Source of the DNA: Amoebophrya sp. A120 | Taxonomy: Eukaryota > Protista > Dinoflagellata | Length of the DNA: 64,000 nucleotides | Assembly (NCBI GenBank): GCA_905178155.1 | Contig: CAJINV010000007.1 | Span: 4,552,258 to 4,616,257 of the forward strand | Reading direction: 5' to 3' | Shown: positions 12,749 to 24,200 of the stretch, in pieces | How positions within the stretch are numbered: the first letter of the stretch is position 1 | Layout: every line of letters begins with the position of its first letter | Made by a program: the position numbers and the translations under genes | The notes under the pieces: model-generated | Seen by the model: only the letters and a program-made list of their open reading frames with translations | Database searches by the model: none | Told to the model about the DNA's origin: nothing

Positions 12749-13519
12749 TCACTTCTTCCGCCCCCCCTCGCTGATTCCGCCCGGCTGAAAATTCGCTGCG
12801 CTCTGCTGCTGTTCCTTCACTGCTTTTTCTTTCATGTACTGCGCCACGCTGCTGTACCCTTTCCGGTACTGGTTGTACTGGAAGGGGAGCTTTCCGTTCG
12901 GCACGAAGTCCGGGTGGAGTGGGAACATTTCCTCCTCGCAGCTGGCGTTCATGTTCAGGTACTCGAGAAATTGGTTCAGCCGGACCCTGTCCTCGTAGTA
13001 GTGGGTCGCGTTTGCTGCACAAGTAGAATTGCCGGCAGAAGATGAAGATCCTGCTGCGGATGTTGTAGTTGCCCAAGGCGAGATCAAATTCTGCTCCACA
13101 CCACTGCCACCCCCGCCGAGCAACGAATCCAACAGTTGCTGCCTCGCTGCGTCCTGTTCGGCAAAGGGATCTACTTCGAAGTGGTGTTTGTCGTATTTAT
13201 TATGGGCGGTGCTCTTGCTGTGGCCGGAGGACAGGTGTTGCTGTGATGCTTCTTTGTCTGCTGATCCTCGTCCGAGGACATTATGATGCTCTGCATCCAT
13301 CATGTTGTGCTGCTGCGTAGTGCCAGATGAATTGGCACCTCCTCCTCGCACAGGAGCGGGTCCGCCTTGTTGCCCTGGCGCGCTTGGGTTGCTCGGTAAT
13401 GGCGGCGGCCGCTTTGATGTTCCTGGTGCGGTAGGGTGGTGCTTGCTTGTTCCAGCAGTAGTTGGGTTGGACGTTGGACCGGAGCTGCGATCCGCTGCGA
13501 TAGACCGAATGTTCATCAT
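12749..13519 (-). CDS. Hypothetical protein (~256 aa)
   Basis: Open frame from ATG at 13519; low-complexity N-terminus, protein-like C-terminal segment (EDRVRLNQFLEYLNMN...). Confidence 0.6.
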   Translation of the reverse strand: MMNIRSIAADRSSGPTSNPTTAGTSKHHPTAPGTSKRPPPLPSNPSAPGQQGGPAPVRGGGANSSGTTQQHNMMDAEHHNVLGRGSADKEASQQHLSSGHSKSTAHNKYDKHHFEVDPFAEQDAARQQLLDSLLGGGGSGVEQNLISPWATTTSAAGSSSSAGNSTCAANATHYYEDRVRLNQFLEYLNMNASCEEEMFPLHPDFVPNGKLPFQYNQYRKGYSSVAQYMKEKAVKEQQQSAANFQPGGISEGGRKK

Positions 13520-13932
13520 TTTCTGTCGCGGGAAAGACAAGGATCGAAGAGAAATTAATTTATAAACAGATCTTCATGACGAGAACCTGACTACAACTTG
13601 ACTGGGTTTATTTCGCAAAGAACCAATGGCAATGAAGTAGAAGAAGCCACAACGAGATGGACAAGCACTATTGCGAGGAAGATAGAACAAGAACAATCAC
13701 ACGAATATATACAAAAATAAGGCTTCGCCTACAGATACGCCAGGTGTGCCTCTCTCGATCAGGAGTGGCGCAAGCTGACGAAATATACCAGAAACGCAAG
13801 AAGGAACACATACTTGCTCCCGCAAAAAATGGATGGGCGAAGCGCTGCTATCTGCACCCAAACCTACGCACTCAAACTTATATAAATTATAATTGGAAAG
13901 CTATCTATCTATCTATCTATTGGGCAGCTGGG

Positions 13933-15285
13933 ATTTAGAACTTTAGGCGGTGCGCCCCGCTCCTCGCAGCTCGCACTTCTGATGGTGAGACACCGCAAAG
14001 AACGGCCAATACTGCACTTCTGATGGTGCGCGTGAGGCTTGCCGCCAGTGCGGCTAGGCTTATGTTCTTAATTCTTATACTCCCAACGGTGAATGCAGCA
14101 CCAGGAGCCCAGGCCAGACGAAAGGTACTGAAACCCGGTAACGAACCTTCTCTCACTCCGGGGAGGTGCGAATCACCTCGTGACAACCACAAGCGGCGCC
14201 ACCTAGTTATGGGGGCTATCTATTAGACGGACTACCGCCAGGAGGCAAGAAAACTCGTTTGGAAGCCAAGCACGAGATGAATGCTACCGCCTGGATTAGC
14301 AGACCAGACCCTAGGGGACTTAATGGAAGGCGTGCTGCGTTTGGCTTCCGGAGACGAATCTTCGAGCCTGTTGATCGCATAAGCTAAATTGCTAGAACTA
14401 ATTTTTTTCCTTCCGGGTAGAGCAATCACTTCGCGAAAACCACCGCACGGCCGCGCCAAAAACTCCGCAGTGGTGCTGATGAACAAGTGCGACACGTCCA
14501 CGGCAATGTCGCGTCCGCCCCCCCCACCCTGACAAACCCGCTGGCTAGGCGGAAAAAACAAGGCCCCTGCGAGTAGTTCGCACTAGGACTTTAGGCGGAA
14601 AAAACAAGGCCCCTGCGAGTAGTTCGCACTGGATGGACTTTTAGGACTTTAGGCGGCACGCCCCGGCCCTCGTAGTTCGCACTTCTGATGGTGAGACACC
14701 ACAAAGGCCGGCCAGTTCCGCACTTCTGATGGTGCGCGTAAGGTCGGCTGCCAGTGCAGCTAGGCTTCTGTTCTTAATTCTTATACTCCTAACGGTGAAT
14801 GCAGCACCAGGAGCCCAGGCCAGACGAAAGGCACTGAAACCCGGTAACGAACCTTCTCTCACTCCGGGGAGGTGCGAGTCACCTCGTGACAGCCACAAGC
14901 GGCGCCTCCTAGAGCTGGGGACTATCTATTAGACGGACTACCGTCGATAGGCAAGAAAACCTGTTTAGAAGCCAAGCACGAGATGAATGCTACCGCCTGG
15001 ATTAGCAGACCAGACTTTAGGGGACTTAATGGAAGGCGTGCTGAATTTGACTTCCGGAGACAAGTTCTCGAGCCTGTTGATCGCATAAGCTAAATTTTTA
15101 GAACTATTTTTTTTTCTTCCTTCCGGGTAGAGCAATCACTTCGCCGGAACCACCGCACGGCCGCGCCAAAAACTCCGCAGTGGTGCTGATGAACAAGTGC
15201 GACACCTCCACGGCACTGTCGCGTCCGCCCCCCCCACCCTGACAAACCCGCTGGCTAGGCGGAAAAAACAAGGCCCCTGCGAGTT
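13933..15285. repeat. Diverged tandem duplication, ~706-bp period, with short junction re-duplication
   Basis: ~13933-14575 and ~14640-15285 align closely (e.g. ORFs at 14023 and 14729); partial repeat ~14585-14631; (CTAT)n run at ~13901-13920. Confidence 0.85.
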
Positions 15286-15986
15286 TGCGGGATCCGCAGA
15301 CTAGCGCTACAAAGGTCACAGCAGCAGAACAGGCTTAGAGGACCAAAGAAGAAAAGTAAAGGGGTAGAGACCTAAACCTACGGGGGAGCATGCAAAAGAG
15401 GGCAAAGGAGCGAGCAGTAGGCAGACATCAGACTTAGACGAAAAAAGTAAGATAAAGGGGTAGCGCCTCAATCCTACAGGGGCGTATGCAAGGGGGGGCA
15501 GAGGGAAGATCAGATTTCGGCAACGGAATGAGAGGAGCGTACGAATTTGCGATCGGGCTCCTGGAAAGCAAATCACACGACCAGTGGCACAAACGTACGT
15601 ACGAACCGACGCTCTGGTAGATAGGATAGCACCAGCAAAGAAAGCATCTACGAGAACAGCAAATACGGATACAAACAAAAGGACGGCCATCAGCACGGGT
15701 TCCGCTATAAGTTTGATGTTTTGCAGACGAAACTCTTGTCCTTCTTTCCTTGGATTGCGAGACAAAAAGAAGGTATAGAACTGAAGATCTACTAGAAGTG
15801 CCTACCTCTCCAGCTTCGAAAACTTTTACTTTCTTTTCCTTCTGTTATCTCCTCTGTTGATTTCTTAGTTTGACGTTTTTCCTCAGATAAAGTTCGTAGA
15901 TGATGTGATGATGCTCTTAGGACGGTATGGTGATTCTGATTTTATTTTCCTAGGTTTCTGGTGGCACGGGCCACGGACTTGCAGAG

Positions 15987-16133
15987 CTAATTATAATATA
16001 ATTAGTGTAGGCGCTAATTATAATATAATTAGTGCCCTAGCGCCGGGCACTAATATAATATATTAGTGCCCGGCGCTAGGGCAAGGAAACAATACGCCGG
16101 TACTCTCTCATTGAGTACTACTCAAGGGAGTAC
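15987..16133. repeat. Cluster of palindromes including a perfect 51-bp inverted repeat
   Basis: 16033-16057 is the exact reverse complement of 16059-16083; CTAATTATAATATAATTAG at 15987-16005 and again within 16011-16035; further hairpin 16100-16133. Confidence 0.9.
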
Positions 16134-17156
16134 TTAATTTCAAAAAACGACCGGAATTTTCAGGGCAGGCCATTCGTTTTCAATTTTTTCATCTCGCTCC
16201 TGTGGCCCACCTTCCAAACCCGGGTTTTTTGCTTGCGGCGTATTCGTTGTACAAAATCGCAGCGCTAATATTCGTCACGCGAGTGGAAGTCCTCTTGCTG
16301 TTACGTCTTCCTCTCCGCTGCAGAGCCTTTTCCTCGTTACGGGTACTAGATCGGCGGTTCCTTTCTTTTTTTTTTTCGGACATTTTCGCGCCGCCGGCGT
16401 GGCACGGGCCAAGGGTTACACACTTAAACGGGTCGACCCTTTCCGCGCCCCCACCATAATACAAAAAAGGACAAATTTCATCTCAATCATCAATGCCGAA
16501 CGCAGGATATCTATCTACTTTAGCTGCGTTAAGGACCTCAATTGGGCAAAAACATCACGAGAAGATGAAGAATGAAATCTATCGAATATATGATGTGAGC
16601 TTGGATTGATGTTGGCAGTGTGCCGATTTGAAATAGAAATGTGTCGACATAGCTCTATCGTTCTCCAACGAATGGACAAAAATCAATTATGCAATGTGCA
16701 GCACACTAGCGAAAAAATCGCAGTACGAGGGCCAAGCTAGAATTAGAAACTGAATATTTTTAAATTGAATACTTGTGCGTTGTACTTGTTCTTGTATGGT
16801 TCTTGCTACAAATAAGTAAATCTAGTAAATCAGGAGCATAAGTGTTCAGGCTGTCATGTTGCGTCGAGCGTCTGTACAACTGCACTCTTGAACCTCTCTC
16901 GTTGTTTTTGACTACTTACTCAACATGGTAAACTTAAGTAGGGTTGTTGCAACCTCCAATGGTGCTCCGTGGGGAGGCATAATATGCGAAATTTCCAGGA
17001 ATTAATGCAAATGGTAATGGAGTGCTTGGTCCCCATCAAATTATTGCGCTTGAGCATCAGCATGCTACTTACAACTTACTCACTTTTTATCTTCTTTGCC
17101 TTTCGTACAAACCGTTTCTCATTCGATAAATGTAACGCAAAAGACAATATCTGGTC

Positions 17157-17597
17157 CTAGCGGTCAACAGGCGGGGCCGGGGAAGGCATGAGATAGGTGA
17201 TCCCAGCTTCCGTGATTATGTGCTGCGCCTCCGCGATCGGGTTGATAGCGAAGTGGTGCTCGAAGAAATTAAAAACATCAAAAACATCCCCGTGCTCTTC
17301 TTCATACAGCGGCGTGAAAATGTACCCAGCGCTTTTCGGCGCCCGGAACGAGAAATAGGGGGTGCTAAAGGCGTCACGAATCCCGCTCTGCGAGGATTCA
17401 AACGGTTTCGGGGCCTCGAACCGCGTGCCCAGAACCCGGAAGTACTCCCGCGCCCCGGAAGAGCCCGGACGCCCGAATATTTTCCGTCGAATCCGGCTCT
17501 GCGTCCACATCTCCCAGCCGACTACTTTGTCGTACCTGCGAAAATAATATTGCGAGGAAAAATCATAATCCCCCCTAATTCCCACACTCAAAACCAA
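17157..17597 (-). CDS. Possible hypothetical protein or gene remnant
   Basis: 146-codon protein-like ORF, non-ATG predicted start, no recognised motif. Confidence 0.25.
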   Translation of the reverse strand: MVLSVGIRGDYDFSSQYYFRRYDKVVGWEMWTQSRIRRKIFGRPGSSGAREYFRVLGTRFEAPKPFESSQSGIRDAFSTPYFSFRAPKSAGYIFTPLYEEEHGDVFDVFNFFEHHFAINPIAEAQHIITEAGITYLMPSPAPPVDR

Positions 17598-18238
17598 AAG
17601 GAAACTTTCGATGCGCGATATGCGTGGGCGTGGGCGGAAATGATCACACTTAGGGGGGTCGGAACAGCCAGCAGCCCGAAGAACTCATCGGCTTTGCCAG
17701 GTCTACAAGAACCCATTGGGGGTGAAAATAAACGGCGAATCATTCGCGATTTCCTACACAAGCTGCCGACTTGTATTGCTGGAAGGCCAAGAGACAGACA
17801 GACATGATGCAACCGCCTCGTTTGCAGGCAATTAATTTGCCATGCGCTATTTCCGGCAGTGCAGACGAGGTTGCTTCCTGTCATACTGAAGACACAGGGC
17901 CTTACGACGCCAGCCAGCCCTACAGCCAACATTATCTTCCCTTGCAACATGACAACTTGGTAATTTGTGATCGCAAATCATGCTACACAATAAATCGCAA
18001 AGTGAAAAAAAAATTCGGCGGTATTAATATTACACGACACATCGCACGAGCCATGTAGTTGCACGATATCTCGATGTTGATGCAGATCGAATAAGTATCT
18101 ACGCAAGATGACGAGGACGTGCGGTCTGTTACAGGAGATGCAGATCTTCATTTCCGAAGCTGCTGTACGCTACGTGTATCTTCACCTTCTAAAAACGACC
18201 ACCACATAGAAGCCAAAATAATTCTGAAGAGATTATAC

Positions 18239-21200
18239 TTACCGCCAAGAGTGGAGCTCAAAGGCCTGGCCATACGGTCCGATCACGTCGTAGAAGAAAA
18301 AGCGTCCGTGCGTGTGCTTCGAGGCAGCCTTGGGGGGCGGGGGGAAAACCAGAAAGTCGCGCGGCTTCCGGTAGGCGAGACCATGACCAGCCGAATCACC
18401 CGACACACCCTCGTCGTTTCGCGACATGTGCGCTGCTTCGTAGTCGAGCATGCAGCGGGGCTGCTGGTTGTGGAGAGCTTCGATGGCTTCGAAGTTCGGG
18501 ACTTTGGAGAATTGGTCGCTCTTGTCGAACATGCCCCAGTTCCCCTGCCAGGGGTGCGCGGGTTTCTGGGCTAGGTGCGCGGTTTTCGTGTCCCTCTGCT
18601 CCGCGTAGCCCGTCACCGTGGCCGAGAGAAAACGGTACAGCGCGGCGGTGTCCGCGCAAATGTCTTTGAAGCGGAAGGATTCCTCGCGCAAGCCCCATGC
18701 GATGGTGAGCACGGCCTCGGCCGTTTTGAACACGTTGCCCATCCTCCCCGGCGTCCGCAGCTTCCAGAAAAAGATCTCTTCGTAGGGAATGGACTCCCAC
18801 CAGGCGAACGAGCCCTGTTCGGCAATCTTGTCAGTCCGAACGAATTGCTGCAGTGCGTTTGTGTAATCCCGGTGCAGGATGCGGAAGTTGGTGAAAAGAA
18901 TAATGCATGCTCTGCAAAAGCACAGCTATAATCGTCCTTGGTATTTCATTATTGAATTTTTGCAAAGTCACGAAATTTTTCAAGAACAAATTCATTGTCT
19001 TGCTGTACGGTTACATTTGTGACGCATGGTTTTCATCATTCATGTAGAAGTTTTACGATTGCGATACTTTTGCAATGCATATCATGTTCATGGCACTTCG
19101 TGCATGGAACGCGAAGTACACAATTTCTCCGGGAAGAAAGAACGACATGCCATACGAGGACCCGCTTGCAATGGCGTGCGGGCGCCCGTGAACGCCCGCA
19201 GGGGGGTCGTAGTCATCAGCCACTTGTGCCGTTTTTCCCGGCAGCTGCCACGCTTGCTGCATTGCCGACGGGTAGTTGTTCGTATTGTAGTTGTTGTTGT
19301 TGTACACGCTCGCGGCACTGTAAACCCCCGCCGAGTAGACAGGCGGCGCGAAGGAGCCTCCGCTGTAGCGCATCTTATTGATCGTCGCCAGAGTGTCGGC
19401 CACGACTTTCTCGGTGATCAACTTGGGGTCCGCTTTATGCATTGCAAAAGGAAAAGTACTATCGGTATCGCAGACTAGTACATCAAATAGCATCACAATG
19501 AATTTCGGCAAGAAAAATATCAAAAGTGAAATTTGCAATGCTGTTTCACGTTTAGACAGAGACTTGTCAGGGGTCATGCATGATCATGACTGCAATTTAT
19601 ACTATACAAGTGCCACACTTTTTCTTTTGCAATGCATATGCCTGGTAGTACTGGTCGCGATCCCAGCTCATGAAACTCTGCCACATAGTGCCGACTTCGC
19701 ATTGGTAGCTGTTGCGGTGTATGGATTGCAAAAGTATCGTACTCGTATTAATGCATTACAAATTTCCTCAGCATGAGAAAGAAAATTTGTAATGCTGATT
19801 TACCTTGAGAAAAAGATTTGTAATGCATGTTTGCAATACGAGTACGATGCTTTTGCATTGCATACGGTGTACCAGGTGCTGCCAGGATTCCAGGTCCTCC
19901 TGCGCCGGCGCCACGTTCCCGCCGGCGATCCCGACTCTGGTGATATGCATTGCAAAACTATCGCACTAGTATAAATTGCATTACAAATTTTCTCAAGAAC
20001 AAAAATGCAATTTGTCATGCTATTTCAGGTAGAAAGTTGGATTTGTCATGCATATCTGCAATTGGTACGAGTACGATATTTTTGCACAGGATAGGTGAGG
20101 CGGAACGACAAATAGGCGTGGATGGTGAACTATGCAATGTAAATTTCCTGTACATGTACAAAATGCGTGACAAATTTCGCTACCTTGCAGAGTCCAACTT
20201 GTCATGCTGGACTAGGATTGAAGGCAAGTTTTGTCATGCAGAGACTGCGTTTGTACGTCGTGTACGGGAAATTTACTGTGGATATGAACAAGGCCTGGTC
20301 GCCAGAGAAGTCCAGGTGAAGGTCGTGTAAGCCGTCGGTCCAGCCGAAACGCTATCCCCTGAAAATTAACCATCCCCATCTTCCAGTTTGTCATGCAAAA
20401 CATGTAGCAAAGTCTGTGTTTATCATGCAAAAACAAAAAGTGGATGGGGATGGTTAATTTTCAGGGAATAAATGCTCAATGTGCTCACAGACGTCAAAGG
20501 TTGCGCACTCCAAAAGACGACGCGTCTCATCGTTCAGTCCGCCCCCCGCCAGTTTGTCTATTGCGCCGGCAGCAGCCATACCGGCAGCCATACCGGGAAG
20601 CAAACCAGATGCGGCTTGGTCGAAGAAATCCGACCCGGGAGGAGCCGTACCGGGAAACTGCACACGACCAGACACGGCCGTTGTGCCAAGGAAACTCCCA
20701 GCAGCGGCAGGAGCCATACCATTTTCATTGGCCTCGACCTCGTGCTGTTGCTGGTGTTCATGTTCCAAAAAGATACTCCCACCAAAGCCACCACCCATGC
20801 CCATTCCACCACCCATGCCCATGCCACCACCCATCCCCATGCCCATGCCACCACCGATGTCCCTGCCAGCACCGATGCCCATGCCACCACCCATGCCCAT
20901 GCCACCACCGATGTCCATGCCAGCACCGATGCCCATGCCAGCACCGATGCCCATGCCAGCACCGATGCCCATGCCAGCACCGATGCCCATGCTACCTCCG
21001 ACACCAGACATATTGTCGAGCGGGTCGTTACGTCTCCTCGCTTGCGCGTTGTCGAAGTCCCGATCCATGTCATCCGGAGGCGGGGGAGGAGGGACGTTGA
21101 CGCTGGAGCGTCCTGTGTAAAAGCGTCCCCACTTCTCCAGTAGAGTTGTCAACATGCCAAAGTAATTGCAGCACACTTTGCCCCCCCCTCTGCCGCAGGC

Positions 21201-24200
21201 CGCAGATTGCTTGACGTTTCCATTTGCAATGACAGGAACATTTGCGTCGACGCGCATAATCCCCATGAGATGCATTTATCAATCTTCATATTCGTATGGC
21301 GGCATCTATAAAATGCTGTAAACATCAGCAGGAGAAGGAGATCGATTTTTTGTTACGCAGTCTCCCTTGCTGAGCTGCACTACAATAACGATGCAGCGAG
21401 GAAGTTCTTGTCCTGCGTGACTCGCAAGGCTTCTGGTGCAGATTTTTTACCACCTTGATGTATTGGGTCGCGGGGACACTTTTTAAGTACTCAGGATATT
21501 GGAATGTCGGTGTTCAGTGTGAGTTCCCCATGCCCGAACAACCCGCTGGAAAAAGGGTTGCTAAAGACTTTGTTCAGAAACTGTGTCGCCGTCGTTTGCT
21601 CCTTGATCGTGAACGATTGAATGGCGTCGTAGGTGAGAGAAATGTACCGCGTTCCACCCAGAAAGTTGGAGTCGCCCTGGCCTAAAAAGGCCCAGAGGCC
21701 GGCCAGTAAAACCCCGCCCACCGTGTTGAAGAGGTTGTTGCGCTTCACCACCACCCGCCGGTTTGTGAATACAAACATGCCGACGGCGGACTGGTAGGCC
21801 AGCTCCACCTCTTCGAAAGGCTGCCCCGTCTCCGCGTCGACCTCCGTTGGAATGACGTGGCTCATGATCTCTTTTACGTCAAAGTCGCTTGCGCGCATGC
21901 GAATGCCGTTCTTGGATTGCACCAGCCAGTCGAAAAACGAAGGCCCAGCTTCGTTGTCCATCGGGTTACTCGAGTCCACCAAGCTCGCCAGGTTCCCACC
22001 CATGGGCACGGGCTGTTGGGTGCCCAGCACCCGGTACGCCAGGATGTTGGTCACAATCAGCGGGTCGGTCTGGGATTGGAGGCCGCCCCAAATCTCGCTG
22101 TACATGAACGTCCGGTCAAACGTGGAGGAAATATCCCCGTTGATGTTCACGCTGATGGCCCGGGGGCCCTGCCCCTGGCCGCCTCCGTTCTTTGCGTTCT
22201 TCTTTTCGAGCGCCTTCGTGTAGATGAGGATGACGGAACCGCTCATGTCCAGGAAAGTGTGCGGGAGATGCAGCGTCCACGAACGCACCGAGTCGTAGGT
22301 GAAGGATTCATAAGTGGCTTTGTTCCCGAATCCGCGGGCCCGCAGTAGGTCCGGAACCTCGATGCTGAGAATGCGGTAATTCGTGAACACGATGGCATCC
22401 CGCATGTGCACGTCCGGGTCGAAAGCGCCGCCGGCCCTAGCGAGGGCCACGTCGACCACTTCGTCGGAGAGCAAAACTTTTCGCTGCCGGAGGATGTGCT
22501 CTGTGCAGACCGGATCAATGTTGCCTCGATTTGCTTTCCACCGTAACAACTGCGTCGCCGACAGGAGATCGCTGTTCTCCATCCCGTTCTTGAACCACTG
22601 CAGCCGCGCTGCGTCGCAGACCCCCTGCCGCATTTCGATCCGGTGCTGCATGCTCGCGTACCCGCGCGGGCTCCGGAGGTATCAACTGTAAAAATGTCTG
22701 GGTCTGGAAGAATTCATGTCTGTCATGCTTGTCTGGCATGACTCTTAAATCTGTCACGCACGTTACCCAAGAGCTCCGTTTTTCTGTGATGCAGAAGCGC
22801 AGTTTGTCATGCAGAATAGGCAAAACCTAGGAGCTCAGAAACTTGTCATGCTGAGCCAGCATTTGTAGCCTCATCATGAGACGCCACCCAGCATCACAAG
22901 TTTCCAGACCCAGACATTTTTACTTTTGATAGGAGGTTCAGCGAGTTGATCGAGATGATCCGCCAGGAGAGGAAGTAAGCAAGGTCGTACGCGTATCAAA
23001 TGTAAAAATGTCTGGGTCTGGGAGATTCTGAGACTTGTCATGCATGTTTTGTATGACCCAGAATGTCTGTAATGCACGACCTAGCATCACAGATTTTTAG
23101 AGGGCTTCCTGATGCCTATTCCGCATTACAAATGCCCTCTCCACGTAGCACAGTCTGGGTTCCTCTTCCTGGTCATCCAATACAGATTTTTTTAGAGTCC
23201 AAAGATAGCATGACAAGTTTGGATCCTTCCAGACCCAGACACTTTTACATTTGATAACGCGAGCTCTCCCTCGACGGAGTTCTTGGTCACATGAATGTCG
23301 GTGGCATCGCGCTCGGTGTGCAGTCTGTAGTGGCTAGTCACGGACGTAATCGAAACGCCGCCCACCGGGTGAAACTCCCAGGCCAGCATGTTCGCCCAAC
23401 GCAGCACCCGGAATTCCATTTGGGGCTGCTCCGAACCGAGCATTTTCAACCCGATCTGGCCGATGTAGTACAGCCAGGATTCCTTGATTTCCACTTCCAG
23501 CACCTGCTCCGAAGTCCATAACATCAAGTTCTGGTCGGCCTCGTTTTCGAATAGGAAATAGACCTTCTCGTCCGGGTGCGGCATCCACAGCAAAAGTCAA
23601 AAATCTATCATCCTAGTTGCTACTAGAACTAGATGAAAATAATCATGCATGAAAAGTCTGTATCAGTATCTGGTGCTCAATCTGGCTTCCTTAATATCCT
23701 GCTTCCTGTGAAAATGATAATGAATTATCTGAAACTGAATGACAAAGAACTTTCATCTTCTTGGAAAAAATCATGCGATTTATGCTAGAACAAGTACTAA
23801 GTAGGATCAACATGCTTTTGCAAAAGTGCGTATGCAGCAAGCGCCGGCGGTTTCCCATTTTCTTCTTGTGTGCGGGATCCGAGTACTCGTAGCGAAGGTG
23901 CATCATGTGGTCCACAAACTTCTGCAGCCGCTCGAGGCGGGGCGCCATGGCATCCTTGGGTATGAACTGCAAAAGTACCGTACTCGTATAAATGCATTAC
24001 AAATTTCCTCGACATGAGAAATAAAATTTGTAATGCGGATTTACCTCAACAAAAGGATTTGTAATGCATGATTGCAATACGAGTACGATACTTTTGCACA
24101 GGATATTGGGCACCAGATCCCAACACGCACCGAGCCACTTCTATGGAAGCGTCAGGTTTGAAATCGTCAAAGTTGAAATAATCTGTAATGCATAAAATGC

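Noticed and set aside
14470-15230. CTGATGA followed by a hairpin in both tandem copies, suggesting a hammerhead ribozyme or Penelope-like repeat
   Set aside because: No GAAA core after the stem and no closing helices found
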